This document shows positions 1 through 10,109 of a stretch of DNA of 64,000 nt, piece after piece. The first letter of the stretch is position 1; the number at the start of each line of letters is the position of its first letter. The stretch is from Candidatus Bathyarchaeota archaeon (GTDB lineage Archaea > Thermoproteota > Bathyarchaeia > TCS64): assembly GCA_963769425.1 (NCBI GenBank), contig CAVYLP010000004.1, forward strand, positions 256,001-320,000, written 5' to 3'. Below the pieces are notes generated by a model. The model saw only the letters and a program-made list of their open reading frames with translations, ran no database searches and was not told where the DNA came from. Made by a program: the position numbers and the translations under genes.

Positions 1-176
1 ACGGACCGAAAACTACACTGGAGGTGAGCGTCTCCGATGAGGGGAGGGCGGAGGATGACCTGCTTAGACTAGCGGTTACAGGAGGAGAAACTCATGTGAC
101 CGAGTTCGCCAAAAAGCGCTACGATCTGGAGGACGTTTTCATGAAGATCGTGGATGGTGGCAAAGTTGGAGAGTGA
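1..176 (+). CDS. ABC transporter ATP-binding subunit, 3' end (partial)
   Basis: Frame 3 reads ...EFAKKRYDLEDVFMKIVDGGKVGE*, a typical ABC-2 ATPase C-terminus; overlaps the downstream permease. Confidence 0.7.
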   Translation, partial: GPKTTLEVSVSDEGRAEDDLLRLAVTGGETHVTEFAKKRYDLEDVFMKIVDGGKVGE

Positions 177-957
177 GTCTTCGATGATGAAGGTTGACGG
201 TTCAGGGGTCCTCGGCGGGTTCTGGAATAAGGCTCGGGAGGAGAACGGCCGATGGTGGATTACCCGTAAGTGGCTCATCCGGTGCGGGATCTGGTCGATC
301 CTCGTTAATGGGATCACATCGATCTTCATACTTAAGTCAAGACAGGCTGCGACGGCTCTTTCGGTACAGGAGATCATCACCGTATTCACTGGAGTCATGG
401 GTTGGATGGCGGCCTTCGGCGTGATCATTCTGACTCAGAGCGACATCGTCGAGGAGAAGCTGTCGGGGACTGCGGAATGGGTCCTCTCCTCCCCATTGTC
501 GAGGGGGGCCTTCGTCCTCTCTAAACTTCTTGTGAACTCGCTGTGGTTGCTGGGGATCATCGTTGTACTTCAGGGCGTTGTCTTCGACCTGATCTTAGGC
601 TTCTTCGGCTTCGAAAACATAGCGATTGGTTATCTTGTTCAGGGCCTCGCTCTTCAGGGTCTTCACCTCCTCTTCTGGCTGAGCCTGATCGTAATGCTTG
701 GAACATTCTTCGGGAGCAGAAATCCGGTCATCGGCATCCCATTGATCTTCCTCTTCGTTCAACAGCTTATCCCCGAGGTCCTCGGGCCTTACGTCAGCGG
801 GATTCAGCTTGTGATGCCAGAGCGGCTAACTGACTACTCATATGTCATTCTGACGGGGGGGCATCTACCCTCATGGATTCCAGTAATAACAATGGCTTCA
901 GCGTCGTTGATATTCGTAGCCCTCAGTGTCCTGAGGTTCAGAAGAGAGGAGTTCTAG
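154..957 (+). CDS. ABC-2 type transporter permease
   Basis: About 6 TM helices; motif IVEEKLSGTAEWVLSSPLSRGAFVLSK. Confidence 0.85.
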   Translation: MVAKLESESSMMKVDGSGVLGGFWNKAREENGRWWITRKWLIRCGIWSILVNGITSIFILKSRQAATALSVQEIITVFTGVMGWMAAFGVIILTQSDIVEEKLSGTAEWVLSSPLSRGAFVLSKLLVNSLWLLGIIVVLQGVVFDLILGFFGFENIAIGYLVQGLALQGLHLLFWLSLIVMLGTFFGSRNPVIGIPLIFLFVQQLIPEVLGPYVSGIQLVMPERLTDYSYVILTGGHLPSWIPVITMASASLIFVALSVLRFRREEF

Positions 958-976
958 TAAGGAGTGGATTTGTTTC

Positions 977-1864
977 ATGGAATCTTCAGACAAATCAGGT
1001 CAATTAACAATTAATTCCGGAGGTCTGAAACAGGTGCTGCGGAAGCATCCCCTGTTTTTCTACTTCCTCATAGCATACGCATTTTCCTGGATCATTCTGA
1101 TCCCCTACATACTCTCATCCTGGGGCCTTCTGCAAGGGGATTACACACTCATTTTTGCCCTACACACCTTCGGGCCGACCTTTGCCGCAATCATCATGAC
1201 CAGCGTAACAGAGGGAAGAGAAGGTTTACATCGCTTGCGGCAGCGCATAAAACAGCGCAGTGCCAGTTGGCAATGGTACCTGTTCATCTTGCTCGGTATC
1301 CCCGCTCTGCTCCTGCTTGGGATTATTATCCAGCCTGGAGCGCTTGCAAGCTTTCAGGGCCTCACCTCCGCCATACTGGTTAGTTACCCGGTCTACTTTT
1401 TCGCCGTCTTCTTTGGAGGTGGACCACTTGGCGAAGAGATAGGCTGGCGTGGCTTCGCGTTGCCACGTATGCAGCCACGGTATGGGCCACTCTGGGGCAC
1501 ACTGCTTCTCGGGGTCCTCTGGGCCTTCTGGCATCTGGCGGACTTTTTAACGCCTGTTCACGGCGACTTCTTCACAAGTTTTCCCACATATTTCCTGGAA
1601 ATTCTGTCGCTAGCAATCATCTTTACATGGGTCTTCAACCACACAGGGGGAAGCATCTTCACAGCTATCTTTGCACATACCAGCGTCAATACTCCGGAGC
1701 TTGTTTGGATACCACTCTTTATCGCAGTGGATGTAACCAGCATGCATCAGGCTTACCTTGTCGGCTTTGGTGTGCCGGCACTGTTGATAGTCATATTAAC
1801 GCGCGGTCGGCTAGGCTACCAGCCAAATATGAACAGTTTACACAATCTGCCTCAAAAGAGGTGA
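977..1864 (+). CDS. CPBP (CAAX/Abi) family intramembrane metalloprotease
   Basis: GEEIGWRG, LWAFWH and H-x3-N motifs. Confidence 0.9.
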   Translation: MESSDKSGQLTINSGGLKQVLRKHPLFFYFLIAYAFSWIILIPYILSSWGLLQGDYTLIFALHTFGPTFAAIIMTSVTEGREGLHRLRQRIKQRSASWQWYLFILLGIPALLLLGIIIQPGALASFQGLTSAILVSYPVYFFAVFFGGGPLGEEIGWRGFALPRMQPRYGPLWGTLLLGVLWAFWHLADFLTPVHGDFFTSFPTYFLEILSLAIIFTWVFNHTGGSIFTAIFAHTSVNTPELVWIPLFIAVDVTSMHQAYLVGFGVPALLIVILTRGRLGYQPNMNSLHNLPQKR

Positions 1865-1912
1865 GAAACCCTGAGAGAACCTTCTACCCATGATCGAAGA
1901 GCACTCAATGAG

Positions 1913-2563
1913 TTGATGCTCATCCTCGCTATACTCCTCATCACGCTTGCCGTCTCATTGTTCTTCGGGAAGGATGTATACATTTTTGGATACATTATGA
2001 CGATAGTCTACATCCTTAGTAGATTTACTCGTCACGGCAGACCTCTACAGGAGTTGGGTGTAAAGGGCGGTTTTGCGGGGGACTTTAAGCGGATATGGTA
2101 CTACTTTGGTATAGACGCGGTGTTATTCCAGCTTCTGCCGCCGACTCTTGGGATCGCCCTCGTGTTTGGGTACTACACTGATCTAGTGAGTCACATCACA
2201 GGTAGACTATCCATTAGTTTCGGTTCTCTAGAAGGGGTATCCGCAATTGTGGGATTACTGGTGGCGGTACTCATACTGACTTTAATGGAGGAGATCGTGT
2301 TCAGAGTCACGATTCAGGAAAGGCTGAGCTGGTTTATTGGGACTCCGGCGGCGATTCTCTTTACATCAATCGTATTTGGCTTGGTTCACTCCGTCGGAAC
2401 AACAGGAAGTATACAGGTCGTTCTAGCCGATGTGATGGGTGTCATAATAGACGGTGCGTTCTTCGGAATTATTTATGCTAAGACACATAATCTTGCGGTA
2501 ACATGGACCGCCCATTTCACCGCTGACGTAGTTGGACTCATTGTACTTGTATTGATATTCTGA
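1913..2563 (+). CDS. CPBP family intramembrane metalloprotease
   Basis: EEIVFR, FGLVH and H-x3-D motifs. Confidence 0.85.
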   Translation: MMLILAILLITLAVSLFFGKDVYIFGYIMTIVYILSRFTRHGRPLQELGVKGGFAGDFKRIWYYFGIDAVLFQLLPPTLGIALVFGYYTDLVSHITGRLSISFGSLEGVSAIVGLLVAVLILTLMEEIVFRVTIQERLSWFIGTPAAILFTSIVFGLVHSVGTTGSIQVVLADVMGVIIDGAFFGIIYAKTHNLAVTWTAHFTADVVGLIVLVLIF

Positions 2564-2620
2564 TCCGTATACTTTGCCATTTTTACTTTGACGAATGTGC
2601 ACGATTTTTTAACCTCAAAT

Positions 2621-2986
2621 TCATGGATCGAGTTGGTGTTTTCTCCGCCAGACTCCAATGCCTAATATGGCCACAGATACAGCCCATAAGACATAGTATC
2701 CTAACCCTACAACCATTTGCGACCCCAAAAAGAACAAACTAAAACTCATCACAGTCATCGAGGAGATGCTGATCAACCCAGAAACCAGCGAGAAAAACCC
2801 GGTCAAACCTGCGAGGACGAGAAGGACAAAGACCGCGATGAAGATGAAGCTGAGGGCCACTTCCGGCTTCTGTATCTCTCTCCAGAAGGTGATGACGGTT
2901 CCAGCGACCTCATACAGCGTAAGCGGGCGGTCGCCCCGGTAGGTGAATGGGAGGAGGAAAACGGAGCCAAGCGTAACTAACCCCAA
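2621..2986 (-). CDS. Hypothetical membrane protein (true start may lie further upstream)
   Basis: Several hydrophobic helices. Confidence 0.55.
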   Translation of the reverse strand: MGLVTLGSVFLLPFTYRGDRPLTLYEVAGTVITFWREIQKPEVALSFIFIAVFVLLVLAGLTGFFSLVSGLISISSMTVMSFSLFFLGSQMVVGLGYYVLWAVSVAILGIGVWRRKHQLDP

Positions 2987-3018
2987 TAAGAAGCCTATTG
3001 TTCTGCTTGATTTGAACC

Positions 3019-3447
3019 CTATGTTACGGTCCCCTCGAAACGGTAGACATCTCTCCCATTCCTCTTAATATCTAAAATATGGTATTCCCCAATTTCCGAG
3101 GTGTTATTAACATGTTCATTTCCGCATGGTTGAACATCAAAATCACCTATGGCGACGATTACAATATTTTTAACTTTAGAAGGAATATAACTTACATCAA
3201 TATTACTCGGCACTTTATCCCTTGAATAGACTGTTTTGATTACGGGCAAATTCATCTTTATTATTTTATTCACTTTTAGCTCAAAATCTTCCTTAGGAAT
3301 ACTAGTTAGATCTGTTTCGCATTTCAAATCAATCCTTATTTTATTCTCATGAATCTGCATTCCCGTCTGTATAGCACCATAATCCTTAATCAGTATCCGG
3401 TATAGTATATGCTGAGCACTTTCCATCCTCGCTCTCATCTCAACCAT
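3019..3447 (-). CDS. AlaX-like trans-editing (tRNA_SAD) protein
   Basis: SAQHIL, RIDL and IGDFDVQPCGNEHVNNTSEIG motifs; AT-rich. Confidence 0.75.
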   Translation of the reverse strand: MVEMRARMESAQHILYRILIKDYGAIQTGMQIHENKIRIDLKCETDLTSIPKEDFELKVNKIIKMNLPVIKTVYSRDKVPSNIDVSYIPSKVKNIVIVAIGDFDVQPCGNEHVNNTSEIGEYHILDIKRNGRDVYRFEGTVT

Positions 3448-3574
3448 ATAGCCGTCCCATCAGATGATCGAGATAGGTTCATTTAAATAATTTTAGAAAA
3501 AAGGAGGCATCAAATTCATTCGTCTAAAACCAATCTTGTCAGCTAATTTCTCCATTAGGCGGCAATATTTTACA

Positions 3575-3740
3575 GAAAGTTGACCTCCGGCGGCATAGTC
3601 CTCACCATCGAGCCCGGAGTCACTTGGACCATATCATCCAGAGAGTCCACAGCTTTATCGTAGAGGGCACTGAGCCCATGCTGCTATTCGAGGTCTTCAG
3701 CCCACCTAGGAAAGACTTCCTAAAGGCTGCGAAACCCTAA
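3575..3740 (+). pseudogene. Cupin-domain gene remnant
   Basis: 3' part reads VHSFIVEGTEPMLLFEVFSPPRKDFLKAAKP*, a typical cupin C-terminus; no intact 5' end. Confidence 0.5.
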
Positions 3741-3891
3741 CCATTAGATCGCCTAGGAAAACCAATGACATCTGTAACACCTCTGCCGCTAAAGAAACCA
3801 GAAAGAGTCCCCAAATCCGGGAATACATGAGAATATCCGAAAACGCGGAAGCGAAGCACCCCTCCTTCCCCACCCTGTACGTACGCGCAGA

Positions 3892-4062
3892 CTAGAACTT
3901 CTTCATCCTCGGCTTGTGCGACTCCCTAGGTGCGAACGAGGCACACGCCTCCTTATTCTTATCAAGAACCTTGTGCTCCCGGGAGCAGTAGAAGGTGTTA
4001 CGCGAGTACTTCTTGCACTCCCTGCACCTCTTCCCAACTCCCTGCCTACTCGCATCGCTCAT
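3892..4062 (-). CDS. Small Cys-rich putative Zn-binding protein
   Basis: MSDASRQGVGKRCRECKKY...C...C, 56 aa from the ATG at 4062. Confidence 0.6.
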   Translation of the reverse strand: MSDASRQGVGKRCRECKKYSRNTFYCSREHKVLDKNKEACASFAPRESHKPRMKKF

Positions 4063-4149
4063 GATCACAACTACTCCGCCTACCTCTAATAAACAGCACC
4101 CAACAACCAATGTTTATCCGACACGCCCCGCCACGAAGCCGCGAGCAAC

Positions 4150-4425
4150 ATGACCACCAGACCAGTCACCGCGGCAATAGCCATCCTCATTGGCCTCCTC
4201 CTAACATGGGCTACAGGCATGTACCCGACTCCCTTCGCCCGAATACAGATAGATGTCGTCACCTACGGAGCACCCCTCCCCTACTCGACCCGAGTCATCC
4301 CCACCGAATTCCTCACATACGACTGGTTCAACCTCGCCCTCGACCTCGCCTTCTGGGCCATCATAACCTACCTCATCCTCGCCGTCATCCTCCGCACAAG
4401 CCCGCCCAAGAAACCTGATCAATAA
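4150..4425 (+). CDS. Small 2-TM membrane protein
   Basis: Two hydrophobic segments; YGAPLPY loop. Confidence 0.65.
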   Translation: MTTRPVTAAIAILIGLLLTWATGMYPTPFARIQIDVVTYGAPLPYSTRVIPTEFLTYDWFNLALDLAFWAIITYLILAVILRTSPPKKPDQ

Positions 4426-4488
4426 CATATTGGTAGATTCGACACATAACTCCCTACCCGGCGCCGTCGATATCTACACTGTCCTCAA

Positions 4489-5766
4489 CTAAGCGCCCGT
4501 AACATGCTCGCCGAGCAGATAGGCCCTCTCAGCTCCGGTTATCTTAACCCTGATCCACTCACCCAACCCAGCCTTCGAAACCACAGTGACCGCCTTGTAT
4601 GAGCGGGTCCTCCCCATCTTCGCCCCGCTATGCCCAAGCTCGTCGAGCAGAACCTCCCCCTCCCAGCCGAGCCATGACTTGTTAGCCTCCGTCCCGACCC
4701 TCGTCCACAGATCGTCTAACCTCCTCGACCTAGCCTTAATGATCCTACCGTTCAACTGCCCGTCGAGCCCGACGGCCTCCGTCCCAGGCCTAGGCCAGAA
4801 CCTGTTCATGTTCAACGCGTCCGGGCGGAGCCACTCGACTAGCGACAGGCTCTCACCGAACTGCTCCTCAGACTCACCCGGGAAGCCGCATATGATGTCC
4901 GTCGAGACACCTAGCCCGGGTACGCCCTCCCTGAAGCGCGTCGCCAGTTCCTTGAAATCAGCGACGCTGTACCTCCTCCTCATCCTCGCCAGCACCTCGT
5001 CGCTACCCGCCTGAACCGGCGCGTGGAGGAACCTGAACACCTTATCCCCCCGGAAGGCGTCGATGAGATCGTCGACGATCGGCAGAGCCGAGTTAGGAGT
5101 CATCATGCCGACGCGTATCATGAAGTCGCCATCGATCTCCCCCAGCCTCCGGAGTAGATCTGCTAACCTAACGCCATTATCATCGTAGGCCGCGGTGTCC
5201 TCCGCCGTCAACCAGATCTCACTACAACCAGAGGCGACGGCCTCCTCCGCGTCCCGCACGATCCCCTCCGCGGGGAACGATCTAAGCCTCCCACGGGCTA
5301 CTTTGACTATACAGTAGCTGCAGTTACCGAGACACCCCGCCGCGATGGGGGCGATGTGGACGACATCGCTGAACCTCATCCTGGGTAGGCATGTTCGATC
5401 CGGTGAGGTCCCGCCTAGGTAAACAACCCTCTCACCTTCCACAGCAGCTTTGACCGCTTCCGGTATCCTCGCCACATCGTCGGGCCCCACCAAGCTAGCG
5501 TCTGGTGACACCTCCTCGACTAGTTCTCTCTGAGCCTTCGGCATACACCCCGCGACGACGATCCGTTTTCCCTCAAGCTCCCTGAGTCTCCTCACCACCT
5601 TATGCTCAGTTGGCGTCTTCACGATACAAGTCAGTAAAACCGAGACATCCGCATCCTCAGCCGAGTCGACGATCTCGTGTCCAGCCTCCAGGAGTAGACC
5701 CGAGGCGATCTCAGCATCCGCCCTGTTAGCGCTGCAACCGTAGACCTCGACATAGACCCTGGTCAA
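4489..5766 (-). CDS. tRNA methylthiotransferase (MiaB-like, archaeal MtaB type)
   Basis: UPF0004 N-terminus (YGCSAN), radical SAM CLGNCSYC, C-terminal TRAM domain. Confidence 0.9.
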   Translation of the reverse strand: MTRVYVEVYGCSANRADAEIASGLLLEAGHEIVDSAEDADVSVLLTCIVKTPTEHKVVRRLRELEGKRIVVAGCMPKAQRELVEEVSPDASLVGPDDVARIPEAVKAAVEGERVVYLGGTSPDRTCLPRMRFSDVVHIAPIAAGCLGNCSYCIVKVARGRLRSFPAEGIVRDAEEAVASGCSEIWLTAEDTAAYDDNGVRLADLLRRLGEIDGDFMIRVGMMTPNSALPIVDDLIDAFRGDKVFRFLHAPVQAGSDEVLARMRRRYSVADFKELATRFREGVPGLGVSTDIICGFPGESEEQFGESLSLVEWLRPDALNMNRFWPRPGTEAVGLDGQLNGRIIKARSRRLDDLWTRVGTEANKSWLGWEGEVLLDELGHSGAKMGRTRSYKAVTVVSKAGLGEWIRVKITGAERAYLLGEHVTGA

Positions 5767-5805
5767 GATGCCTCAGACAGACGGGGATACGCCCACAATA
5801 TAACC

Positions 5806-6495
5806 CTACACGTCACTGCCACGTGCGTGTCTCAGCATCAGGAGCCGCTCACTCAGTCTGGTCCCCGCGCCGAAGACCCTCGTCCTTCCCTCCCTGATAG
5901 CCCGGATCACGTCCTTGGGATCCCTCGACTCCGACTCAACAACCGTGTACGACCGCCCAATCGTTTCTGGGAAGTGAGCGTCACTCCCACCTGTTTCAGG
6001 CAATTTGAGCTTCTTCGCCACATTCCTATTCCAGCCCATCACCAACCCGAAGGGGAACTGGGCCGCATTCGCAACCTCAACTGCATCGAAACCCGCCTCA
6101 TCAGCCCCCCTAAGGCTGACGAAGCTTCTCGGCATTGCCTTCGGGTGAGCGAGAACTGCAGTGGCTCCCTGAGAGTGTATTCTCTCGACCGTTTCAACCA
6201 TCGACAAACCACTCGGCACTACTTCTACTGGATCGAGACAGAGTATGTGCGCGCCGCGTGCTGACACTTCGAGCCCTGGGACGATTATGATCCCGTCATG
6301 TTCACAGGCGCTCAAACCCTCAATTGTGTCGTGGTCACAGATCGCATAGCCGTCGAGTCCTAGTCTTATACAAGCCGAATTAATATCGGAGAAATTATTG
6401 ATAGCATCCCTACTGAAGCGGGTGTGGACATGGAGATCGATCTTTAAAGATATTCTATCCATACCACGCTCAGTTGATGTATGGCGAGGCTCCAT
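5806..6495 (-). CDS. PHP domain phosphoesterase
   Basis: DLHVHT, DHD, AHP and GGSDAH motifs. Confidence 0.9.
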   Translation of the reverse strand: MEPRHTSTERGMDRISLKIDLHVHTRFSRDAINNFSDINSACIRLGLDGYAICDHDTIEGLSACEHDGIIIVPGLEVSARGAHILCLDPVEVVPSGLSMVETVERIHSQGATAVLAHPKAMPRSFVSLRGADEAGFDAVEVANAAQFPFGLVMGWNRNVAKKLKLPETGGSDAHFPETIGRSYTVVESESRDPKDVIRAIREGRTRVFGAGTRLSERLLMLRHARGSDV

Positions 6496-6544
6496 TAAAT
6501 GTTTCCAATAAAAAATGGTGAGAAAAAAAGAGGTTACCTGTGGC

Positions 6545-6772
6545 TTACCGCTGAGGAGAGAACGATGCCCAGACGACCACGATCATGAGGGTCAGCACTG
6601 TACCGGCCGCGCCTGAGAGTATCCAGTCTAGCCCGAAATTGGGCCACATGAGCAATATCCATTGACTCAGCGGTGTGTACACCATTCTCGCGACTATGCC
6701 TCCGACGAAGCCGAGAACGGCGAAAACCAATAAAACTGTCAATCTACCTGCCATACTATCAACCTTGCTCAT
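6545..6772 (-). CDS. Small 2-TM protein divergent from the ESCRT operon
   Basis: 75 aa, two TM helices; upstream TATA-like element. Confidence 0.65.
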   Translation of the reverse strand: MSKVDSMAGRLTVLLVFAVLGFVGGIVARMVYTPLSQWILLMWPNFGLDWILSGAAGTVLTLMIVVVWASFSPQR

Positions 6773-7017
6773 GGATGAGTCCGTTTATATATTAAGGGTG
6801 CCGTATCGTGAAAATGTTCATTTTATTAAAAAATGAGTGTTTCAAATAAGAAATTTAACTAAACGATGTAATAGTTACTCTCATTGTCCAAGATTCTCAT
6901 TACAAGAATATGTTAAAATAATATGAAAAAAAGGTGTAATCTACGCATATAGTTACATTGGTGAGCCAGCAGTTTGATGCCCCTTACGACTCGCATTATC
7001 TTCGAGCGTAATCTATA

Positions 7018-7662
7018 ATGAGCTTCGCTAATAGATGGGAAAAGAGCAACGATCCGTCCTTATCCAACAAGGTTAAGGACGCCGTCAGGCCACCGGGCCC
7101 CCTCAAGCCCCGCCTCGACGCGGCCACCAAGCGGATCGAGATGCAGATCCAACGCCTCGACCAGGCAAGCAACCGCTTCCAGGAGCGCGACAAGACGATC
7201 TTCAACAGGATCGTCGACGCGTACGCTAAGCACGACACAGCACGCGCAAACGTCTTCGCAAACGAGCTCGCCGAGATCCGCAAGATGGAGAAGATGATCT
7301 TCCACGCCAAGCTCGCCCTAGAGCAGATCACGCTGCGCCTCAAGACCGTAACGGAGCTGGGTGACGTCGCAGTCACGCTCCTGCCGGTCGTCGGTGTCAT
7401 AAGCGACATCAAGACGGGCATGGCGGCGATCAGTCCACAGGCCGAGAAGGAGCTGGGTGAGATCGGTAACCTCCTCAGCGGCATCGTCGTGGACGCAGGC
7501 GCGGTAACGGGAATGACCATCAACTTCGAGTCGGTGAACGAGGACTCGGCCAAGATATTGGACGAGGCCCAGACCATCGCCGAGTCGAGGATGAAGGACA
7601 CCTTCCCAGAGCTGCCCGGCGGACAGAGCAAGGTCGGCGCAGGCCTAGGCGACAGAGTGTAA
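7018..7662 (+). CDS. ESCRT-III / Snf7 family protein (CdvB1/2-like)
   Basis: Snf7 core RANVFANELAEIRK...LALEQITLRL; acidic C-terminus with FPELP. Confidence 0.9.
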   Translation: MSFANRWEKSNDPSLSNKVKDAVRPPGPLKPRLDAATKRIEMQIQRLDQASNRFQERDKTIFNRIVDAYAKHDTARANVFANELAEIRKMEKMIFHAKLALEQITLRLKTVTELGDVAVTLLPVVGVISDIKTGMAAISPQAEKELGEIGNLLSGIVVDAGAVTGMTINFESVNEDSAKILDEAQTIAESRMKDTFPELPGGQSKVGAGLGDRV

Positions 7663-7710
7663 AAGGAGCGAACCAGAGATGGAAAACCGCCCCTCCCCCT
7701 CTTTTTTAAC

Positions 7711-7729
7711 CACCCCAAACGTTGGGGTG
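7711..7729. other. Perfect 8-bp intergenic hairpin between the two ESCRT-III genes
   Basis: CACCCCAA-ACG-TTGGGGTG, preceded by a T-tract. Confidence 0.5.
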
Positions 7730-7788
7730 ATCGACCTGGGCGCATCCAGGCCAGTTTCTAGCCTAAGCTGTTAAAGGAGAAAGCAGAA

Positions 7789-8538
7789 ATGGGCATACTG
7801 AACCGCCAGCAGAGTATCCTTCCGACCCCCGAGTCGATAAACGAGCTTAAGCGCCAGAGCATGAGGCTCGAACAGGTTAACTCCAAGCTTAGGGAGCGTG
7901 ACCGCGTGCTGTTCGAGATGGTTGGCAAGGCGGTTCAGAAGAAGGACTCGGCACGCGCGCAGATCTACGCGAACGAGCTCAGCAGGGTTCGCCACATAAA
8001 GCAGGTGATATCCCAGAGCCAACTCGCCATAGACTGCATCACGATCAGACTCGAGAACTTCCTCGACCTCTATCAGGTAGTTCAGGAGATGAAACCCATC
8101 TCAGAGGTCGTCAAGGAAGTCTCAGCAGATGTACAACAGGTAATGCCTCAGTTCGCAGCGGGCCTCGAGCAGCTGAACATAGTCGCCAGCGAGACCCTTA
8201 TGCAGACGACGATCGATTTCCGCCAGCCCGCACTGGACGGGATGTTCAGCGTCAAGAGCCAGGAGAGCGCCGACATCCTCAGAGAGGTCTCGAACATGGT
8301 CGAGAACAGCCTGCACGAGAGCTTCCCTGAGCCACCAGTCACGGTCGCGGTTGCGCCGAAGATAGCGAATAGGCAGACAGAGGCAGTCGCCTACGGATAT
8401 GAGCCAACATTCGCATCCCGCACCTCGCAGACTGGTGAGACAACGAATGACTGGAGTATGCTCTCGGACGACGTCGTGAAGATGCTCGACCAGATCAGTG
8501 GAAAAGGGCGCGTCAAAATGGAGGAGGTAGTGGCATGA
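7789..8538 (+). CDS. cdvB: ESCRT-III / CdvB-like protein
   Basis: RAQIYANELSRVR core, FPEPP MIM2-like motif, C-terminal extension; overlaps the Vps4 start. Confidence 0.8.
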   Translation: MGILNRQQSILPTPESINELKRQSMRLEQVNSKLRERDRVLFEMVGKAVQKKDSARAQIYANELSRVRHIKQVISQSQLAIDCITIRLENFLDLYQVVQEMKPISEVVKEVSADVQQVMPQFAAGLEQLNIVASETLMQTTIDFRQPALDGMFSVKSQESADILREVSNMVENSLHESFPEPPVTVAVAPKIANRQTEAVAYGYEPTFASRTSQTGETTNDWSMLSDDVVKMLDQISGKGRVKMEEVVA

Positions 8539-9701
8539 GCGTAGCTACTATGCTTGAGAACGAGGCAATGAAGTACGCCGCCGACGCCGTAAAGTACGAC
8601 AAGATGGGCGATAAGGACAAGGCGACCGACTCGTACAAGAGAGCGGTCGAACAACTAACCCGCCTCATCAAACTATACCCAGACTACACATTCAACAAAT
8701 TCTACGTCGAGAAAGTCACCACCTACCAGGAACGTATAAGGCTCCTCAAGTCAGAGGACGGCGAGGAAACCGGTATCGAGAAGTTCACGAGCTTCGAGAC
8801 AAAACAGACCGGATCATCCGAGTCCCAGATGGAGGCTGAAGATACTGAGCCAACCGAGAAGCCAAACGTCACCTGGGGCGAAGTTGCGGGCCTCGAAGAC
8901 GCCAAGAAGGCGATCAAGGAGGTCATCGTCTACCCAGTCAAACGCCCCGACCTCTTCCCACTCGGGTGGTCAAGGGGACTTCTCCTCTTCGGTCCACCGG
9001 GCTGTGGTAAGACGCTTCTCGCCGCAGCGGTGGCGAACGAGATCGAGGCGCAATTCATACAGATAGACCCCGCCAACATCATGTCGAAGTGGCTTGGAGC
9101 AGCGGAGCAGAACGTCGCCAAGATATTCGGTGGCGCGCGCCGCACAGCCATCGCGGGGAAGCCAGTAATCATCTTCATGGACGAGGTGGACAGCATACTC
9201 GGCGTCCACACCAATGAGGTTGGAGGCGAGGTACGCATGAGGAACCAGTTCCTCAAGGAGATGGACGGCCTCCAAGACAAGGGCAAGAACTACCACCTAT
9301 ACGTCGTCGCCGCGACTAACAAGCCGTGGGACCTGGACTGGGCGTTCATCCGCCGCTTCCAGAAGAGGGTGATGGTGCCCCTCCCCGACTACGCGACACG
9401 CCTACAGATGTTCGAGATCAACAGCGCACAGCTAGAGATGACCCCGGATGTAGATTTCCACATCCTCACACAGCTTACGGATGGCTACAGCGGAAGCGAC
9501 ATCAAGGACATCTGCCAGGTCGTCCGCCAGGAGGTCATCAGGGAACTCTTCGAGTCCGGGGAAGCCGATAATACTACGAAGAAGCCGAGGCCGCTCTCGA
9601 TGGGTGACTTCAAGCAAGCCATCTCCAACAGGAAGCCAAGCGTCTCCAAGGAGATGATTAAGGAGTACGACAAGTGGTTCGACCAGTTCAAGGCACTATA
9701 G
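8535..9701 (+). CDS. cdvC: Vps4/CdvC AAA ATPase
   Basis: N-terminal MIT domain, GPPGCGKT, SKWLG pore loop, IFMDEVD, RRFQKR. Confidence 0.93.
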   Translation: MSVATMLENEAMKYAADAVKYDKMGDKDKATDSYKRAVEQLTRLIKLYPDYTFNKFYVEKVTTYQERIRLLKSEDGEETGIEKFTSFETKQTGSSESQMEAEDTEPTEKPNVTWGEVAGLEDAKKAIKEVIVYPVKRPDLFPLGWSRGLLLFGPPGCGKTLLAAAVANEIEAQFIQIDPANIMSKWLGAAEQNVAKIFGGARRTAIAGKPVIIFMDEVDSILGVHTNEVGGEVRMRNQFLKEMDGLQDKGKNYHLYVVAATNKPWDLDWAFIRRFQKRVMVPLPDYATRLQMFEINSAQLEMTPDVDFHILTQLTDGYSGSDIKDICQVVRQEVIRELFESGEADNTTKKPRPLSMGDFKQAISNRKPSVSKEMIKEYDKWFDQFKAL

Positions 9702-9713
9702 GAGAAATTTGAA

Positions 9714-10109
9714 ATGGAAAACCCAAAAACGGATCACATCGTGAAAGCCGCCACTGAGCTCGGTGAGACTTATACAGAGTCAGCCCAGCTTCTGAGCGGA
9801 ATGAGGGGAGCCATGAACGAGGCTAATCAGCTCTACGATCACGGATACGGTGGAGCAGGCAACAGTCTCATAAAATTCGGCATCACTCTCATCCTAGTAC
9901 CCGAACCATTCATGGTCTCGGACGTGATAGGCGCTGGAATCGTTGCCGCCGGCTTCCTATACAAGAAGATTGTACCGCCACCAATGTACATCGACAACAT
10001 ATTCGATACGATTCAGGAGCAGGTGAAGGCACTCCACTCAGCAGGGGAGAACCTCACACAGAACTTTTCGGTACCCGTCGACTTCTCGTCGATGCATTTC
10101 GAGATCTAA
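9714..10109 (+). CDS. Hypothetical protein with a hydrophobic hairpin, co-oriented with cdvC
   Basis: 12 bp after the cdvC stop, with an AGGAG RBS; segment LIKFGITLILVPEPFMVSDVIGAGIVAAG. Confidence 0.7.
   Translation: MENPKTDHIVKAATELGETYTESAQLLSGMRGAMNEANQLYDHGYGGAGNSLIKFGITLILVPEPFMVSDVIGAGIVAAGFLYKKIVPPPMYIDNIFDTIQEQVKALHSAGENLTQNFSVPVDFSSMHFEI

Noticed and set aside
6773-7017. Repeated ATAGTTAC and TCTCATT words in the ESCRT divergent promoter
   Set aside because: Too short in AT-rich DNA to support a cell-cycle operator without comparative data
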